Shown in pieces: positions 37,616 to 49,926 of a stretch of 64,000 nucleotides of DNA. The stretch is from Mobula hypostoma. Its lineage: Eukaryota. The notes beneath the pieces were generated by a model. The model worked only from the letters and a program-made list of their open reading frames with translations, did no database searches and was not told the DNA's origin. The stretch spans positions 76,324,001 through 76,388,000 of the forward strand of contig NC_086108.1 of assembly GCF_963921235.1 (NCBI RefSeq), read 5' to 3'. The position numbers and the translations under genes were made by a program. The first letter of the stretch is position 1. Every line of letters begins with the position of its first letter.

Positions 37616-38351
37616 TGAGATGCAACGGGACTTAGGAGCCCTCGTACAGGATTCCCTTAAAGTTAACCTCCAGGTTGAGTCAGTAGTGAAGAAGGCAAAT
37701 GCAATGTTGGCATTCATTTCTAGAGGAATAGAGTATAGGAGCAGGGATGTGATGTTGAGGCTCTATAAGGCGCTGGTGAGACCTCACTTGGAGTACTGTG
37801 GGCAGATTTGGTCTCCTTATTTAAGAAAGGATGTGCTGACGTTGGAGAGGGTACAGAGAAGATTCACGAGAATGATTCCGGGAATGAGAGGGTTAACATA
37901 TGAGGAACGTTTGTCCGCTCTTGGACTGTATTCCTTGGAGATTAGAAGAATGAGGGGAGACCTCATAGAAACATTTCGAATGTTAAAAGGCATGGACAGA
38001 GTGGATGTGGCAAAGTTGTTTCCCATGATGGGGGAGTCTAGTACGAGAGGGCATGACTTCAGGATTGAAGGGCGCCCTTTCAGAACAGAAATGCGAAGAA
38101 ATTTTTTATTCAGAGAGTGGTGAATCTATGGAATTTGTTGCCACGGGCAGCAGTGGAGGCCAAGTCATTGGGCGTATTTAAGGCAGAGATTGATAGGTAT
38201 CTGAGTAGCCAGGGCATCAAAGGTTATGGTGAAAAGGCGGGGCAGTGGGACTAAATAGGATAAAATGGATCAGCTCATGATAAAATGGCGGAGCAGACTC
38301 GATGGGCCGAATGGCCTACTTCTGCTCCTTTGTCTTATGGTCTTATGGTCT
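37616..38351 (+). mobile_element. Young CR1 LINE, 5'-truncated
   Basis: MQRDLG...LYKALVRPHLEYC..WSPY...RRMRGDLIETF; tail tcttatggtcttatggtc. Near-identical to the reverse complement of about 44901-45635. Confidence 0.95.
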
Positions 38352-40445
38352 AAACTAATACAGCACATGTTGATAATGGTCCTCTACCAATAAAAGCCTG
38401 TTTGACATACAAGGCATCACAGAATTAATCAGCCAGAATATGCTAGGAATTAGCAACAAATATGCAAGTTCTAAACAGTGCTGCTCTTTTCTGGAGTTTT
38501 GTTATTGTGTCTATGATGCTGAATTCCTTATGACAGCCATGACCTTATTGAATCACAGAGAAGATTTGGTCTTCTCCTGCGCCTGTTCCTTATGTTCTCA
38601 ATCCTTCACTGTCCTACTCTGCTATTATTCACATTTACTCTTCTGAGGGGCAAGTGGCAAAAGGCAGAGATCCTCATACCATCAATACTTGCTGTTAGAT
38701 CCCACAAATTGATTGTATATGCTTTTGAATTCAATTTCTTTAAAACAAAGCTATATTAAAATGAAGACAGAAACATCTTTAATACATTTATGTCCATTTT
38801 ATAACACTAAATAGACTACAAAAAATATTTCATCAGTTGGGAAAAGTCTGTATGTTCTAAGGTAATGAAAGTCTGCCTTTCTCAATTCTCAGCATTCATT
38901 CTTAGTTTTCTCTCAGTGTTTAATTCTGAATCACGGGTGTAAACCAGCTGTATTGGCAGGAAAACATGGATGAGAAATAAGATGGCATCAGAATTCAACT
39001 GGAGCTTTAGTTGAAGCTGATTTAATATGAAAGAAGATATACAATCTCTTCCTTCATTTTCTTACTTTGTCCTTCCTGGTTCATGAGCAGCAACACCTCT
39101 GCCTTTCACATTCTAAAGCTAATAATGACACACAAATAAAGGCACTGCATAATAAGAAAGTGGTCAACCGGTTACAGGAAGAAAAAGGAGTGAAGAAAAT
39201 AACTGTGGAAAAAAAAGCAGCATCTAGATTTGTAGCAATGAAACTTAATGAGATACTTGCAAAAGGATTAATGTTTGTGGCATAATCATTGTAAATTGAT
39301 GAAGCAGTAGGTTGCATTCATTATGTAAATCTATAATCCATTGCTGCCAGTGTAGAGATTCCATACTGATATCTACCATAATTATACTGACATTGATCCA
39401 ATATTTTCACACATCTCTAGTAACCACAATTTTGTTTTAAAAATAACTACACTGCTTCACACTTCCAGTGTGGTAATGCAAGTCAAATTAAATTTTCATC
39501 TATGCAATAGAGTAAGAAGCTAAATCAGAATGTACCCAACAATAGTTGACCATTATGTACAGGTCAGTGACCCATTATTTCACTTGCTGGTAGGACTTTA
39601 ATTTGACGCCACCTGCTCTATTTACATGGAAGTCTGAGCAGTCGGCAGTGACTACACTGCTCACTGCCCTATTACTCCAATGGAGAATCAACAATGCAAC
39701 TGTTAAGCGATCTTTATAGGGAGCCTTTGCAATTTAATGACAACATATTTCTCTTAAAGTGAAGGTGTACTGGCTGTAAGTAAAGCTGACCTTGCAGACC
39801 TTCGAGAATTATATAAATGGAGATAAAACAGCTGTATGATTTTCCACTGCTGCACTAGAGATCTTGAGGATGGAGTGTCTCAACTCGACATTCCTATCTT
39901 GTGGTAATCTTGCATTCCCCTTATCATCGGGAATCTTAGTACCTGTATGGTGGAGATTCCAGAGCTCAGTAATATAGAATGATCCAGTAAATGCTTTACA
40001 AAAGGATGGTGTTCAGGTAATTATGAAAACTACCTTTGATTTTAAAATATTAAAAATCTCTACAGGGTTACTACTATGAGAAAGTGGGTTCCAAGGAGGG
40101 AAAATAAACCTTACCTGCATCTTATTCTTGATCTTTAATTTGTGACTCCTACTCCAAAATTCTCAACAAAAGGAAGTATCCTCTTTACACTACATTGTAA
40201 TAAAGACCATCTCACGTTTCTGGTCTAGCCTATTCAATCTTTCCTCATAAAAAAAGCTGACTGTTCCAAGTATGACAGTAGCAAACTTTCTCTGAACTGT
40301 TTCCTATGTATCAATATCCTTTCTTAAATGAGAAAGTCAGTAATGTACACCGTATTCCATGCCCTGGTGTATTTGCAGAACACCCCGATTATCATGCAGC
40401 AGGGCACACCGATTCCTCTGTATTTCTCACAATTCAGACTACATA

Positions 40446-40954
40446 CACTTAATGGCCACTTTATTAGATATAACTGTACACCTGCTCATGAATGTTAATC
40501 AACCAATTATCATGCAGACATGGTCAAGAGGTTCAATTATTGTTCAGAATGTGGAAGAAATGTGATCTAAGTGATTTTGATTGTGGAATAATTATTGGTG
40601 CCAGATAGGGTGGTTAGAGTATCTCAGAAACTTCTGATCTCCTGGGATTTTTACACATAACAGTCTAGTATTTACAGTGAATTCTGCAGGAAACAAAAAG
40701 ACATCCAGAGAGCAGCAGTCGTGTGGGGAAAAATGCTTTATTAATGAGAGAGGTCAGAGGAGAATGGCCAAACCGGTTCAAGCTTACAGGAAGGTGACCG
40801 TTAACTCAAATAATCAAACATTACAATAGTGGCGTGCAGAAGAGCACCTCTGAATGCACAACACATTCAGCTACATGAGCTAAAGACCATGAGCATACTC
40901 TCAGTGGCCACTTCATTAGGTATAGGAGGTACCCAACAAAGAGGACACTGAGTG
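40446..40954 (+). mobile_element. Tc1-derived non-autonomous element with transposase N-terminal (HTH) remnant
   Basis: TA|cacttaatggccactttattag ... caacaaagaggacactgagtg|TA termini. Interior reads KKCDLSDFDCGIIIGAR.GG.SISETSDLLGF...NERGQRRMA..VQA.RKVT, a Tc1 transposase N-terminus with stops. Confidence 0.85.
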
Positions 40955-41119
40955 TACATACAGAATGCCTGACCTCTCTCTATATAGACATGTCCAGTTA
41001 TCACCTCTGACTAATTCAGGAATGATGAGAAATTAAAATAAAAGGTATTACATTTACAAGAGAAATCACATCTTTTTGGCATGTTTCAAATTATCTCATG
41101 ATAATTACTAAATCACAGC

Positions 41120-41344
41120 TGTTTAGGAACAGCTTCTTCCCCTCCACCATCAGATTTCTAAACCAATAATGAACCCAGGGACACTATCTCAGTAAGTTTG
41201 CTTTTTTTTGCACTACTTAATTATTTTAATATATATTTCTTATTGTAATTTATGGTGATATTTTATGTACTGCACTGTACTGCTGTTGCAAAACAACAAA
41301 TTTTATGACATATGCCAGTAATAACAAACCTGATTCTGATTCTA
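41120..41344 (+). mobile_element. Rex1-type LINE 3' tail
   Basis: tttaggaacagcttcttcccctccaccatcagattt (FRNSFFPSTIRF)...tgcactgtactgctgttgcaaaacaacaaatttt...aaacctgattctgattct. Confidence 0.78.
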
Positions 41345-42240
41345 TCAGTGCTCATAGGCATATCGTCCATTTATCTAACAGCAATATGTAAAAGACTCCT
41401 CCCAGATTGTGAACAGCTTGGTTTACTTACATGGCTAAAAAAGTTATTGAAGAAGTCAATGCAAATGGTATTCTGGTCTTGAAAAAATTTTATTAAAACT
41501 GTGACCCAGGTCAATTCAACTACTGCAGGTAATCAGCTTATCTGATTTGCAAATATAGAGAACTTATCATTGAGGTCATCTTGAGCAATTGAGTAACAGA
41601 CTGAAATGAACTGACCTTTTTATTAAGGAAGGATACTGTACATCTGGCATCAAGTCTGCAGAATGACACAGACGACTAAAATGAAAGTCCATAAGAATGC
41701 TTAGATTTAAATATATCTGGAAGGGGTTTATAAGTTGAACAGATAAGTTCTTCAGAGGAATAAGCAGATATTGGGAAAAAAAGACATTCCTTCATCCCTT
41801 GGGCACACATCTATAAATAATATTGCCAGTAATATATGTTAACAAATTTCACGACACATGCTGGTAATAATAAACCTGATTCAGATTCTGATTCTGAATC
41901 AATTGCTTCACCTACTCAGCAGGGCGCAAGATTTAAAGTGCAGACAGTCTAGCGCTGAATTTTCACTTATTTAAATTCAAGATTATTAGGAAGTTGTGCA
42001 ACTGCTTCTGTGCTCACACTTAATTTCCAATAAGGTAATTCCAACGTTGATGAAATTTAGAAAAATAAACGGAACTTGCTTAAGATCACAAGTAAGCACC
42101 TTCTGAAAGATCCAATGGATAGGTTCAAGGTGTTGGTCTCCCACACAGATTCCTGCCATCTCTAAATTGGAATTGCACAAGTTGTGCAATATGTGGACAA
42201 ATGAGGTATAAATATAAATGGAAAATATTTCTAATATATG

Positions 42241-43640
42241 ACCGTAAGAGATAGCAGCAGAAATGGACCATTCGGCTCATTGAGTCTACTCCACCAATGC
42301 ATCATGGCTGATTTATTTTTTCTCTCTCAACCCCATTCTCCTGCCTTCTCCCTGTAACTTTCGACACACCGACCAATCAAGAACATATCAATCTCTGGTT
42401 TAAACATACCCAATAACTTTGCCATCACAATCGTCTGTGGCAATGAATTCCACAGATTCACCAATCTCTGGCTAAAAGAAGTTCCTCCTCAGCTCTGTGC
42501 TAAAGGAACATCCTTCTATTCTAAAGCTGTGCCCTCTAGTTCTAGACTTCCCCACTTCCAATCCAATCTTCACATCCACCCTATCTAGGTCTTTCATTCT
42601 TCTAAACTACAGAGTACAAACCCAGAGCCATCAAACACTCCTCACATGCTAACCCTTTCATTTTGGGATAATTCTTGTGAACCTACTCTGGAACTTCTCC
42701 AATGCCAAAACATCCTTCCTTAGATAAGAGCCCAAAACTGCTCACAATACTCCAAGTACAGTCTGACCAATGCCTTATAAAGCCTCAGCATCACACCCTT
42801 CCTTTTATATTTCAGTCCACTCAAAATGAAGGTTAACATTTTATTTGCCTTCCTTACCACTGACTCAACCTGCAAATTAATTTTTAGGAAATCCTGCACG
42901 AGGACTCCCAAGTCCCTTTGCAGCTCTGAATATGAGATTTTCTCCTTGTTTGGAAAATAGTCTATGCCTTTTTCCTTTGACCAAAGTGTATGATCATACA
43001 CTTCCTTACACTATATTCCATCTGCCTCTTCTTTTGCTCATTCTCCTAATCTGTTTGTCCTTCTGCAGACTACCTGCTACCTCAACACTACCTGCCTCTC
43101 CACCTATCTTTATGTTGTCTGCAAACTTGGCCACCAAACCATCAAAATCACCATCAAAATTATTGACAGATAACGTGAAAAGAAGTGGTTCCAACACTGA
43201 CCCCTGCAGATCACCACTAATCACCAGCAGTCAACCAGAAAAGGCCTCCTTTGCCTCCTGTCAGTCAACCAATCTTCTATCCATGCAAGCATCTTTCCTG
43301 TAATACCATGAACTCTCATCTTGTTAAGTAACCTTATGTATGGCATTTTTTCAAAGGCCTTCTTAAAATCCAAGTAAGCAACATCCACTGTCTCTCCTTT
43401 GTCTATCTTGCTTGTTATTCCTGCACAGAATTCCAAGAGATTTGCCAGGCAAGATTTCCCCCATGCATGAGAAACCATGCTGACTTTAGCCTATTTTATC
43501 ATGTGCCTCCAAGTACCCCAATACTTCATCCCTAGTAATAGACTTCAACATCATCCCAACCATTGATGACAGGCTAACTGGCCTAAAATTTCAAGTGTTT
43601 TGCCTCTCTCCTTTCTTAAAGACTGGAGTGACGTTTGCAA
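42241..43640 (-). mobile_element. CR1 LINE, degenerate RT-3' fragment
   Basis: Broken frames GKSCLANLLEF...VDVAYLDFKKAFEK, QGSVLEPLLF...KFADNIKIGG and LYKALVRLYLEYC, followed by a CR1 3' UTR. Confidence 0.92.
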
Positions 43641-44307
43641 ACATGACCATGCAAGCAATGGCAAACTATAGAAACAACAGCAACCCAATCTCCATTCCCC
43701 AAAACATGGAGTGGATATTTTGGCAACGCTTCTCCAGATTCAATTATCCACTTTATGCATCTTGGTTATATCAGACAAATACAAACCCTGCATAAACAAG
43801 GCTGTGTTCTGAAGATTTCATAAGAACAAGGTAGGAAAAAATTAATTCCTTATTTGTATTGTATTATGTGCAGATTGAGGGAAATTAAATAAGAAAGGTT
43901 TTATTGATTGATAAAATTGGTATCAAGAAAGATCAGATTCAATATGTTCATAATAATAATTAATTTCATACAAAGTTAAAAAAGTTTCACACAAACTTAA
44001 CAGACATGTTTTACATTAGTTGCTATATATTTAGAAAATATGCTTAAAATTGAAAAGAGAAAATGCAAGATAACAATACAAGATTAGAATAGACATTTCC
44101 AATTTGAATTCTAGTCTAGCACAGACAAAGACAAAATAGTTGGTGGCTTTCTTATCATTGCTGTCCTCTGTACCATGTTTTTATTTTTGTCTTTCAAGTA
44201 TAAAACAATCTATTTTGCGACAACAGAGATTTACAGAAAAAAAGCCAAAAGGATGAAATAATAGTTTAGTACCGTATAGCTAAAGTAGTCAGTATTTATA
44301 TGCATGA

Positions 44308-44509
44308 TGTTGTGTATGTGGCCTGTTTACACAACTATATTATTAATAACAATGCTGGAGATGGGACCTAAGTTTCCATGGTTCTTTACTGGTAGAGCCC
44401 GAACTTTAACACACATATATACAGACCCATACGTGCCTAATAGTGCATGCAACGATGTGTTACTACAACATAAAGTAGTCCCTTATTATAATGTAGGCTA
44501 TATTGTACA
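44308..44509 (-). repeat. Gypsy 3' LTR
   Basis: tgttgtgtatg...ttgtaca, a direct repeat of 49728-49926. Confidence 0.95.
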
Positions 44510-44522
44510 CTCCTCCTCTTTT
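44510..44522 (-). promoter_or_regulatory. Polypurine tract (PPT)
   Basis: ctcctcctctttt, which is AAAAGAGGAGGAG on the minus strand, immediately internal to the 3' LTR. Confidence 0.88.
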
Positions 44523-44900
44523 ATTTTAATAGTGCATCAACTGTTGTTTTTACTGGGGCACTATGCTAAACAAATATATTTACCCTTAACATACAAACGT
44601 CTACCATTTGTTTACAAATTATAACAAACTAACTTGTTAAAATTATAACATAACAAAGTAACTTGTTAAATTATAACAAGCCTTTTTTTTACTTTTTATT
44701 TTTGGTCTAAGACCCATTTATAACTCAAATCTCTGGGGAGGTCTTCTTTGCCTCTCCAGGTAATGTTTGACCTCAAACGCTTGCTTTGGGGAATGAGTCT
44801 CCACAGGTACATCAGGTTGGTCATCAGCACTGATGACAGGCTTATCTGTAGATGAGGCTGATGTGGTCACATCAGGAATGTTTGCTTCTATATCCATAAT

Positions 44901-46312
44901 ACCATAAGACCATAAGACAAAGGAGCAGAAGTAGGCCATTCGGCCCATCGAGTCTGCTCCACCATTTTATCATGAGCTGATCCATTTTATCCTATTTAGT
45001 CCCACTGCCCCGCCTTCTCACCATAACCTTTGATGCCCTGGCTACTCAGATACCTATCAATCTCTGCCTTAAATACACCCAATGACTCGGCCTCCACTGC
45101 TGCCCGTGGCAACAAATTCCATAGATTCACCACTCTCTGACTAAAAAAATGTTTTCGCATTTCTGTTCTGAAAGGGCGCCCTTCAATCCTGAAGTCACGC
45201 CCTCTCGTACTAGACTCCCCCGTCATGGGAAACAACTTTGCCACATCCACTCTGTCCACCCCTTTTAACATTCGAAATGTTTCTATGAGGTCTCCCCTCA
45301 TTCTTCTAAACTCCAAGGAATACAGTCCAAGAGCGGACAAACGTTCCTCATATGTTAACCCTCTCATTCCCGGAATCATTCTCGTGAATCTTCTCTGTAC
45401 CCTCTCCAACGTCAGCACATCCTTTCTTAAATAAGGAGACCAAAACTGCCCACAGTACTCCAAGTGAGGTCTCACCAGCGCCTTATAGAGCCTCAACATC
45501 ACATCCCTGCTCCTATACTCTATTCCTCTAGAAATGAATGCCAACATTGCATTCGCCTTCTTCACTACCGACTCAACCTGGAGGTTAACTTTAAGGGAAT
45601 CCTGTATGAGGACTCCCAAGTCCCGTTGCATCTCAGAACTTTGAATTCTTTCTCCATTTAAATAATAGTCTGCCCATTTATTTTTTCTGCCAAAGTGCAT
45701 AACCATACACTTTCCAACATTGTACTTCATTTGCCACTTCTCTGCCCATTCTTCCAATCTATCCAAGTCTCTCTGCAGACTCTCCGTTTCCTCAGCACTA
45801 CCGGCCCCTCCACCTATCTTCGTATCGTCAGCAAACTTAGCCACAAAGCCATCTATTCCATAATCCAAATCGTTGATGTATAATGTAAAAAGAAGCGGCC
45901 CCAACACTGATCCCTGTGGAACACCACTGGTAACCGGCAGCCAACCAGAATAGGATCCCTTTATTCCCACTCTCTGTTTCCTGCCAATCAGCCAATGCTC
46001 TATCCACGTATGTAACTTTCCTGTAATTCCATGGGCTCTTATCTTGTTAAGCAGCCTCATGTGTGGCACCTTGTCAAAGGCCTTCTGAAAATCCAAATAT
46101 ACAACATCCACTGCATCTCCCTTGTCTAGCCTACTGGTAATTTCCTCAAAAAATTGTAATAGGTTTGTCAGGCAGGATTTTCCTTTAAGGAATCCATGCT
46201 GAGTTCTGCCTATCTTGTCATATGCCTCCAGGTACTCTGTAACCTCATCCTTGACAATCGACTCCAACAACTTCCCAACCACCGACATCAAGCTAACAAG
46301 TCTATAATTTCC
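44901..46312 (-). mobile_element. Young CR1 LINE (uninterrupted RT-to-end frame) nested in the Gypsy integrase C-terminus
   Basis: GNYRLVSLMSVVGKLLE...QHGF...YLDFQKAFDKV...SGVPQGSVLGPLLF...KFADDTK...GYGEKAGQWD with no stops; (tcttatgg)n tail; ataat duplicated at 44896-44900 and 46314-46318. Confidence 0.96.
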
Positions 46313-49300
46313 TATAATTTCAGGGGAGTCTGGGCAAGGTGTTGTTGTGTTTTTCACCTGAGAATCCAGGATTTGGTCCACATGACGTCTCCATACGTCC
46401 TCTCCCACCTTCAATGTATACATCAGTAGCCCGTCTATGGCGGAAGTTGTACCCAGCTGCCACTTTTCAGTCCGGTAATCAGGTGCAAGAAATGACTGTC
46501 CCATACTGAAGCTCCGTGTCGACTTAACGTTCAAGTGTTTGAACTGTCTGTTTTCCACATCCCACTGTACACCTGGCTTGAGAAGATCCATGTGGGACCT
46601 CAGGTTCCTGTTCAGAAACATCATCGCTGGAGTCTGATTAGTGGTTGCATGTACTCATTACATCAGGTAAGGAGGAAGTTGTCTATTTTGTGTTGCAGTG
46701 GTCGATTTTCACTGTCCATTGCCTTGATGGCTTTCTTGAATGTCTGTACAAATCTTTCTACCAAGTCATTTGTGGATGGATGGTAAGGGACAGATGTAAA
46801 GTGCTTGATTCCATTGTTCTTCACAAAACTTTGGAATTCTTCAGAGACAAATTGTCATCCATTGTCTGTGCAGATTTGTTCTGGTACGCCATTCCTGGCG
46901 AACATGGTCCTCAGAACTGTAATGGTCTTTTCCGAAGTGCCTGTCTTCATTTTGATGATCTCTGGCCATTTGGAATGTGCATCGACGGCGATTAAAAAGA
47001 TAGGGTCCATGAATGGCCCAGCAAAGTCGATGTGCACACATTGCCATGGTGATGAGGGCCACTCTCATGGATGGAGAGGGGGTTGTGTTGGTGTGTTGTG
47101 GATCTTTTGACATCCAGAGCAGTTCTTGGTTAAGTCCTCAATCTGTTTATCGATTCCCGGACACCACACATAGGCGCGGGCAAGACTTCTCATCTCCACT
47201 GTACCCTGGTGCCCCTCCTGCAGTTCCTCCAGCACTCTGGTGCGTAGCTTGGGAGGAATCACAACTCGTGAACCACACATTAGTGCTCCCCAACACACTG
47301 ACAACTGCTCCTTCCTCGCTGAGAAGGTTGGGAACAGTGTGTTACCATGTGCTGGCCATCCCTTTACTGTGATGTCAAACACTTTTTACAACATAGGATC
47401 ATTGCGTGCTTCTCTTTCAATGAGGCTGTTTGTCACTGGTAATTGTTCAACTATTGTTGTGTGAAAAACCTTTGCTGAATCCATTTGTGTAGTTATCTCT
47501 GAAGTCAACAGTGGTAAACATGACAAACCATCTGCGTTGCCATGTTGCTTGGTCCCCTTGTGTTCAATGTCATACCTGTGACCTCCTAAGAAAAGAGACC
47601 ATTGCTGCAGCCTTTGTGCTGTCATCACTGGAACGCCTTTCCTTGGGTTGAAGATTGACACGAGAGGCTGATGGTCAGTCAACAGGGTAAACTTTTGACT
47701 ATACAGGTAGTGACTGAATTTCTTGACTCCCCACACGAGCCTCTCTGTCAATCTGTGCATGGTTGCGTTCAGCTGAAGTTAGTGTTCTTGACGCAAAGGC
47801 TATTGGTTTTTCTGAGCCATCTGGAAACTCGTGCGATAACACTGCTCCTATCCCATGGGGCGAGGCACCACAAGCCAGTCGGATTGGTAAGGAGAGGTCA
47901 AAGTGCGCGAGCACCCTTTCCGAAATTATGAGTTTTTTAGTTTCTTGAAACGCTTTTTCACAGCTCTCAGTCCACTTCCATTGTGTCCCTGTCTGTAATA
48001 GTGCATTTAATGGGTGTAGGACTGTGGATAGGTTAGGCAAGAACTTGTGGTAATAGTTCACTAGTCCAAGATATGCTCTCAGCTGAGACACATTTTCAGG
48101 TGATGGTGCCTTAAGCACTGCTTCTATCTTGTCTTGAGACATGTATAAGGCATCCTTGTTGATCACATGCCCACAGTATGGGATTTCCTTTTTGAAAAAA
48201 CTCACATTTCTGTCGATTAGCTCAGAGCCCATATTCTCGTAACCTGGTGAGCACTTGTTCAAGGTTAGAAAGATGTTCGTCGTCATCTTTGCCGATGACA
48301 ATGATGTCATCCAGGTAACACTGAGTCCCTGGAATCCCCTGCAGGACCTGGTCCATTGCCCTTTGCCAGATTGCAGGAGCTGATGCTATCCCAAACACCA
48401 ACCTGTTGTACTGGTAAAGTCCTTTGTGTGTATTTATCGTCAGGTATTTCTTGGATGCCTCATCGATTTTCCATTTGGAGATAAGCCTGGGCCAAATCGA
48501 TTTTTGTGAAATGTTCCCTTCCTGACAGGGAAGCAAAGATGTTCTCAATACGAGGTAGAGGATATTGTACTGTGTGGAGAACTGGGTTGACAGTCTCTTT
48601 AAAGTCTCCACATATGCGCACCCTGCTTGGTTTACCTGGTTTTGTGCTGGAGGTTTTCTTCATCACTAGAACAATAGACGTGGCCCATTCACTCCAATCC
48701 ACCTTTGACAGGACCCCAGTCTGCTCCAGATTTTTCAGCTCTGCCTCTGCTGTAGGACAGATTGCATATGGCACTGGTCTGGCTTTGTGAAATTTTGGAC
48801 ATGCATTTTCCTCAACCTCAGTCTTTGCCTTCATACCCTGAAGTGTTCCTATTCCTTTCATGAACACTTCCTCAGAGTCAGTAAGTATTTGTGACAGTCT
48901 CTCAGATGTAGCCTTGCTGCCCTCCTTTGCTGACACATCTAGTGCTTTGATGGTGTGTCAATCCAGCTGGATTTTCCTGAGCCATTCACATCCCAGCAAC
49001 GGTGGTCCTCCATTTTTCAGTGCATAGAGGTTCAGCTGCTGTGTTTTGTCTCCGTAGGTCACTGTCACTTTAATTTTACCTTTGGGACGCAGTCTCTGTC
49101 TTGTGTAAGTCTTTAGCAGTTGTTTAGTTCGTTTCAGAGGTATGTAAGAAAACAGTCGTTTGTAGTCGTGTACAGAGATCACTGTTAAAGCTAACCCTGT
49201 GTCCAACTCCATTTTCAGTTTCACGCCTGCCACTTCTGGAGTGATCCATATTACTCTTCGATCATCTGTCTCTTCCACGCTGGGAAGTTGCAGACAAGAC

Positions 49301-49714
49301 AAATCACTTTTGTCAGCTGGCTTTTCAGGGGTTAACAAGATCCGTAGCAACCCGTATATTTTTGCTCCCATAACACTGAGTAAGACATTGGCTTTCTTTT
49401 CATCATTAACACAATATAACTCCACTCTTTCAATGTGTGTTACCCAGTTTTCAATGCTATTATCAAATGCTGTAATGGTTCCAATTATCGCCATCTTTGT
49501 TATGTTAATTTAGCCCCGTTTTTCTGTTTTCTTTTCAGCTAGCTCCTTGTAGTCACAGCACGTTTCACTTGACTCATGTGTCCTTTTTGCTAGCACAACG
49601 AGCGCACTCCGTCTAGTTGCGTGTCGCTCGTTTTCATCTCCCTTCTCTCTCTTCTCCTCCAAGTGTCATTATTAACTAAAACACGGCATTCCGATAAGAT
49701 GTAGGTTCATAATT

Positions 49715-49724
49715 CTCGTCGCCA
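49715..49724 (-). promoter_or_regulatory. Primer binding site, probably tRNA-Ser(GCU)
   Basis: TGGCGACGAG on the minus strand, 3 nt inside the 5' LTR. Complementary to the ...CUCGUCGCCA 3' end of vertebrate tRNA-Ser(GCU) as I recall it. Confidence 0.8.
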
Positions 49725-49727
49725 ATT

Positions 49728-49926
49728 TGTTGTGTATGTGGCCTGTTTACACAACCATATTATTAATAACAACGCTGGAGACGGAAACTAAGTTTCCATG
49801 GTTCTTTACTGGTAGAGTCCGAACTTTAACACACATATATACAGATCCATACGTGCCTAATAGCGCATGCAACGTGTTACTACAATGTAAAGTAGTCCCT
49901 TATTATAATGTAGGCTATATGGTACA
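49728..49926 (-). repeat. Gypsy 5' LTR
   Basis: tgttgtgtatg...tggtaca, adjacent to the PBS and flanked by the TSD catga. Confidence 0.95.

Larger units (their letters stand above)
44308..49926 (-). mobile_element. Ty3/Gypsy (Mag-like) LTR retrotransposon, full structure, decayed
   Basis: Two ~200-bp LTRs; TSD catga at 44303-44307 and 49927-49931. Minus-strand order: gag (MAIIGTITAFD), protease (MELDTG), RT (YLDDII), RNase H (PIAFASRTLT; TDHQPL), integrase (HIDFAGPF...VDAHSKWPE...TDNG). Many frameshifts. Confidence 0.97.

Noticed and set aside
39600..39620. CTCF site (gagcaggtggcgtc on the minus strand)
   Set aside because: Only a partial consensus match, which is expected by chance in 64 kb.
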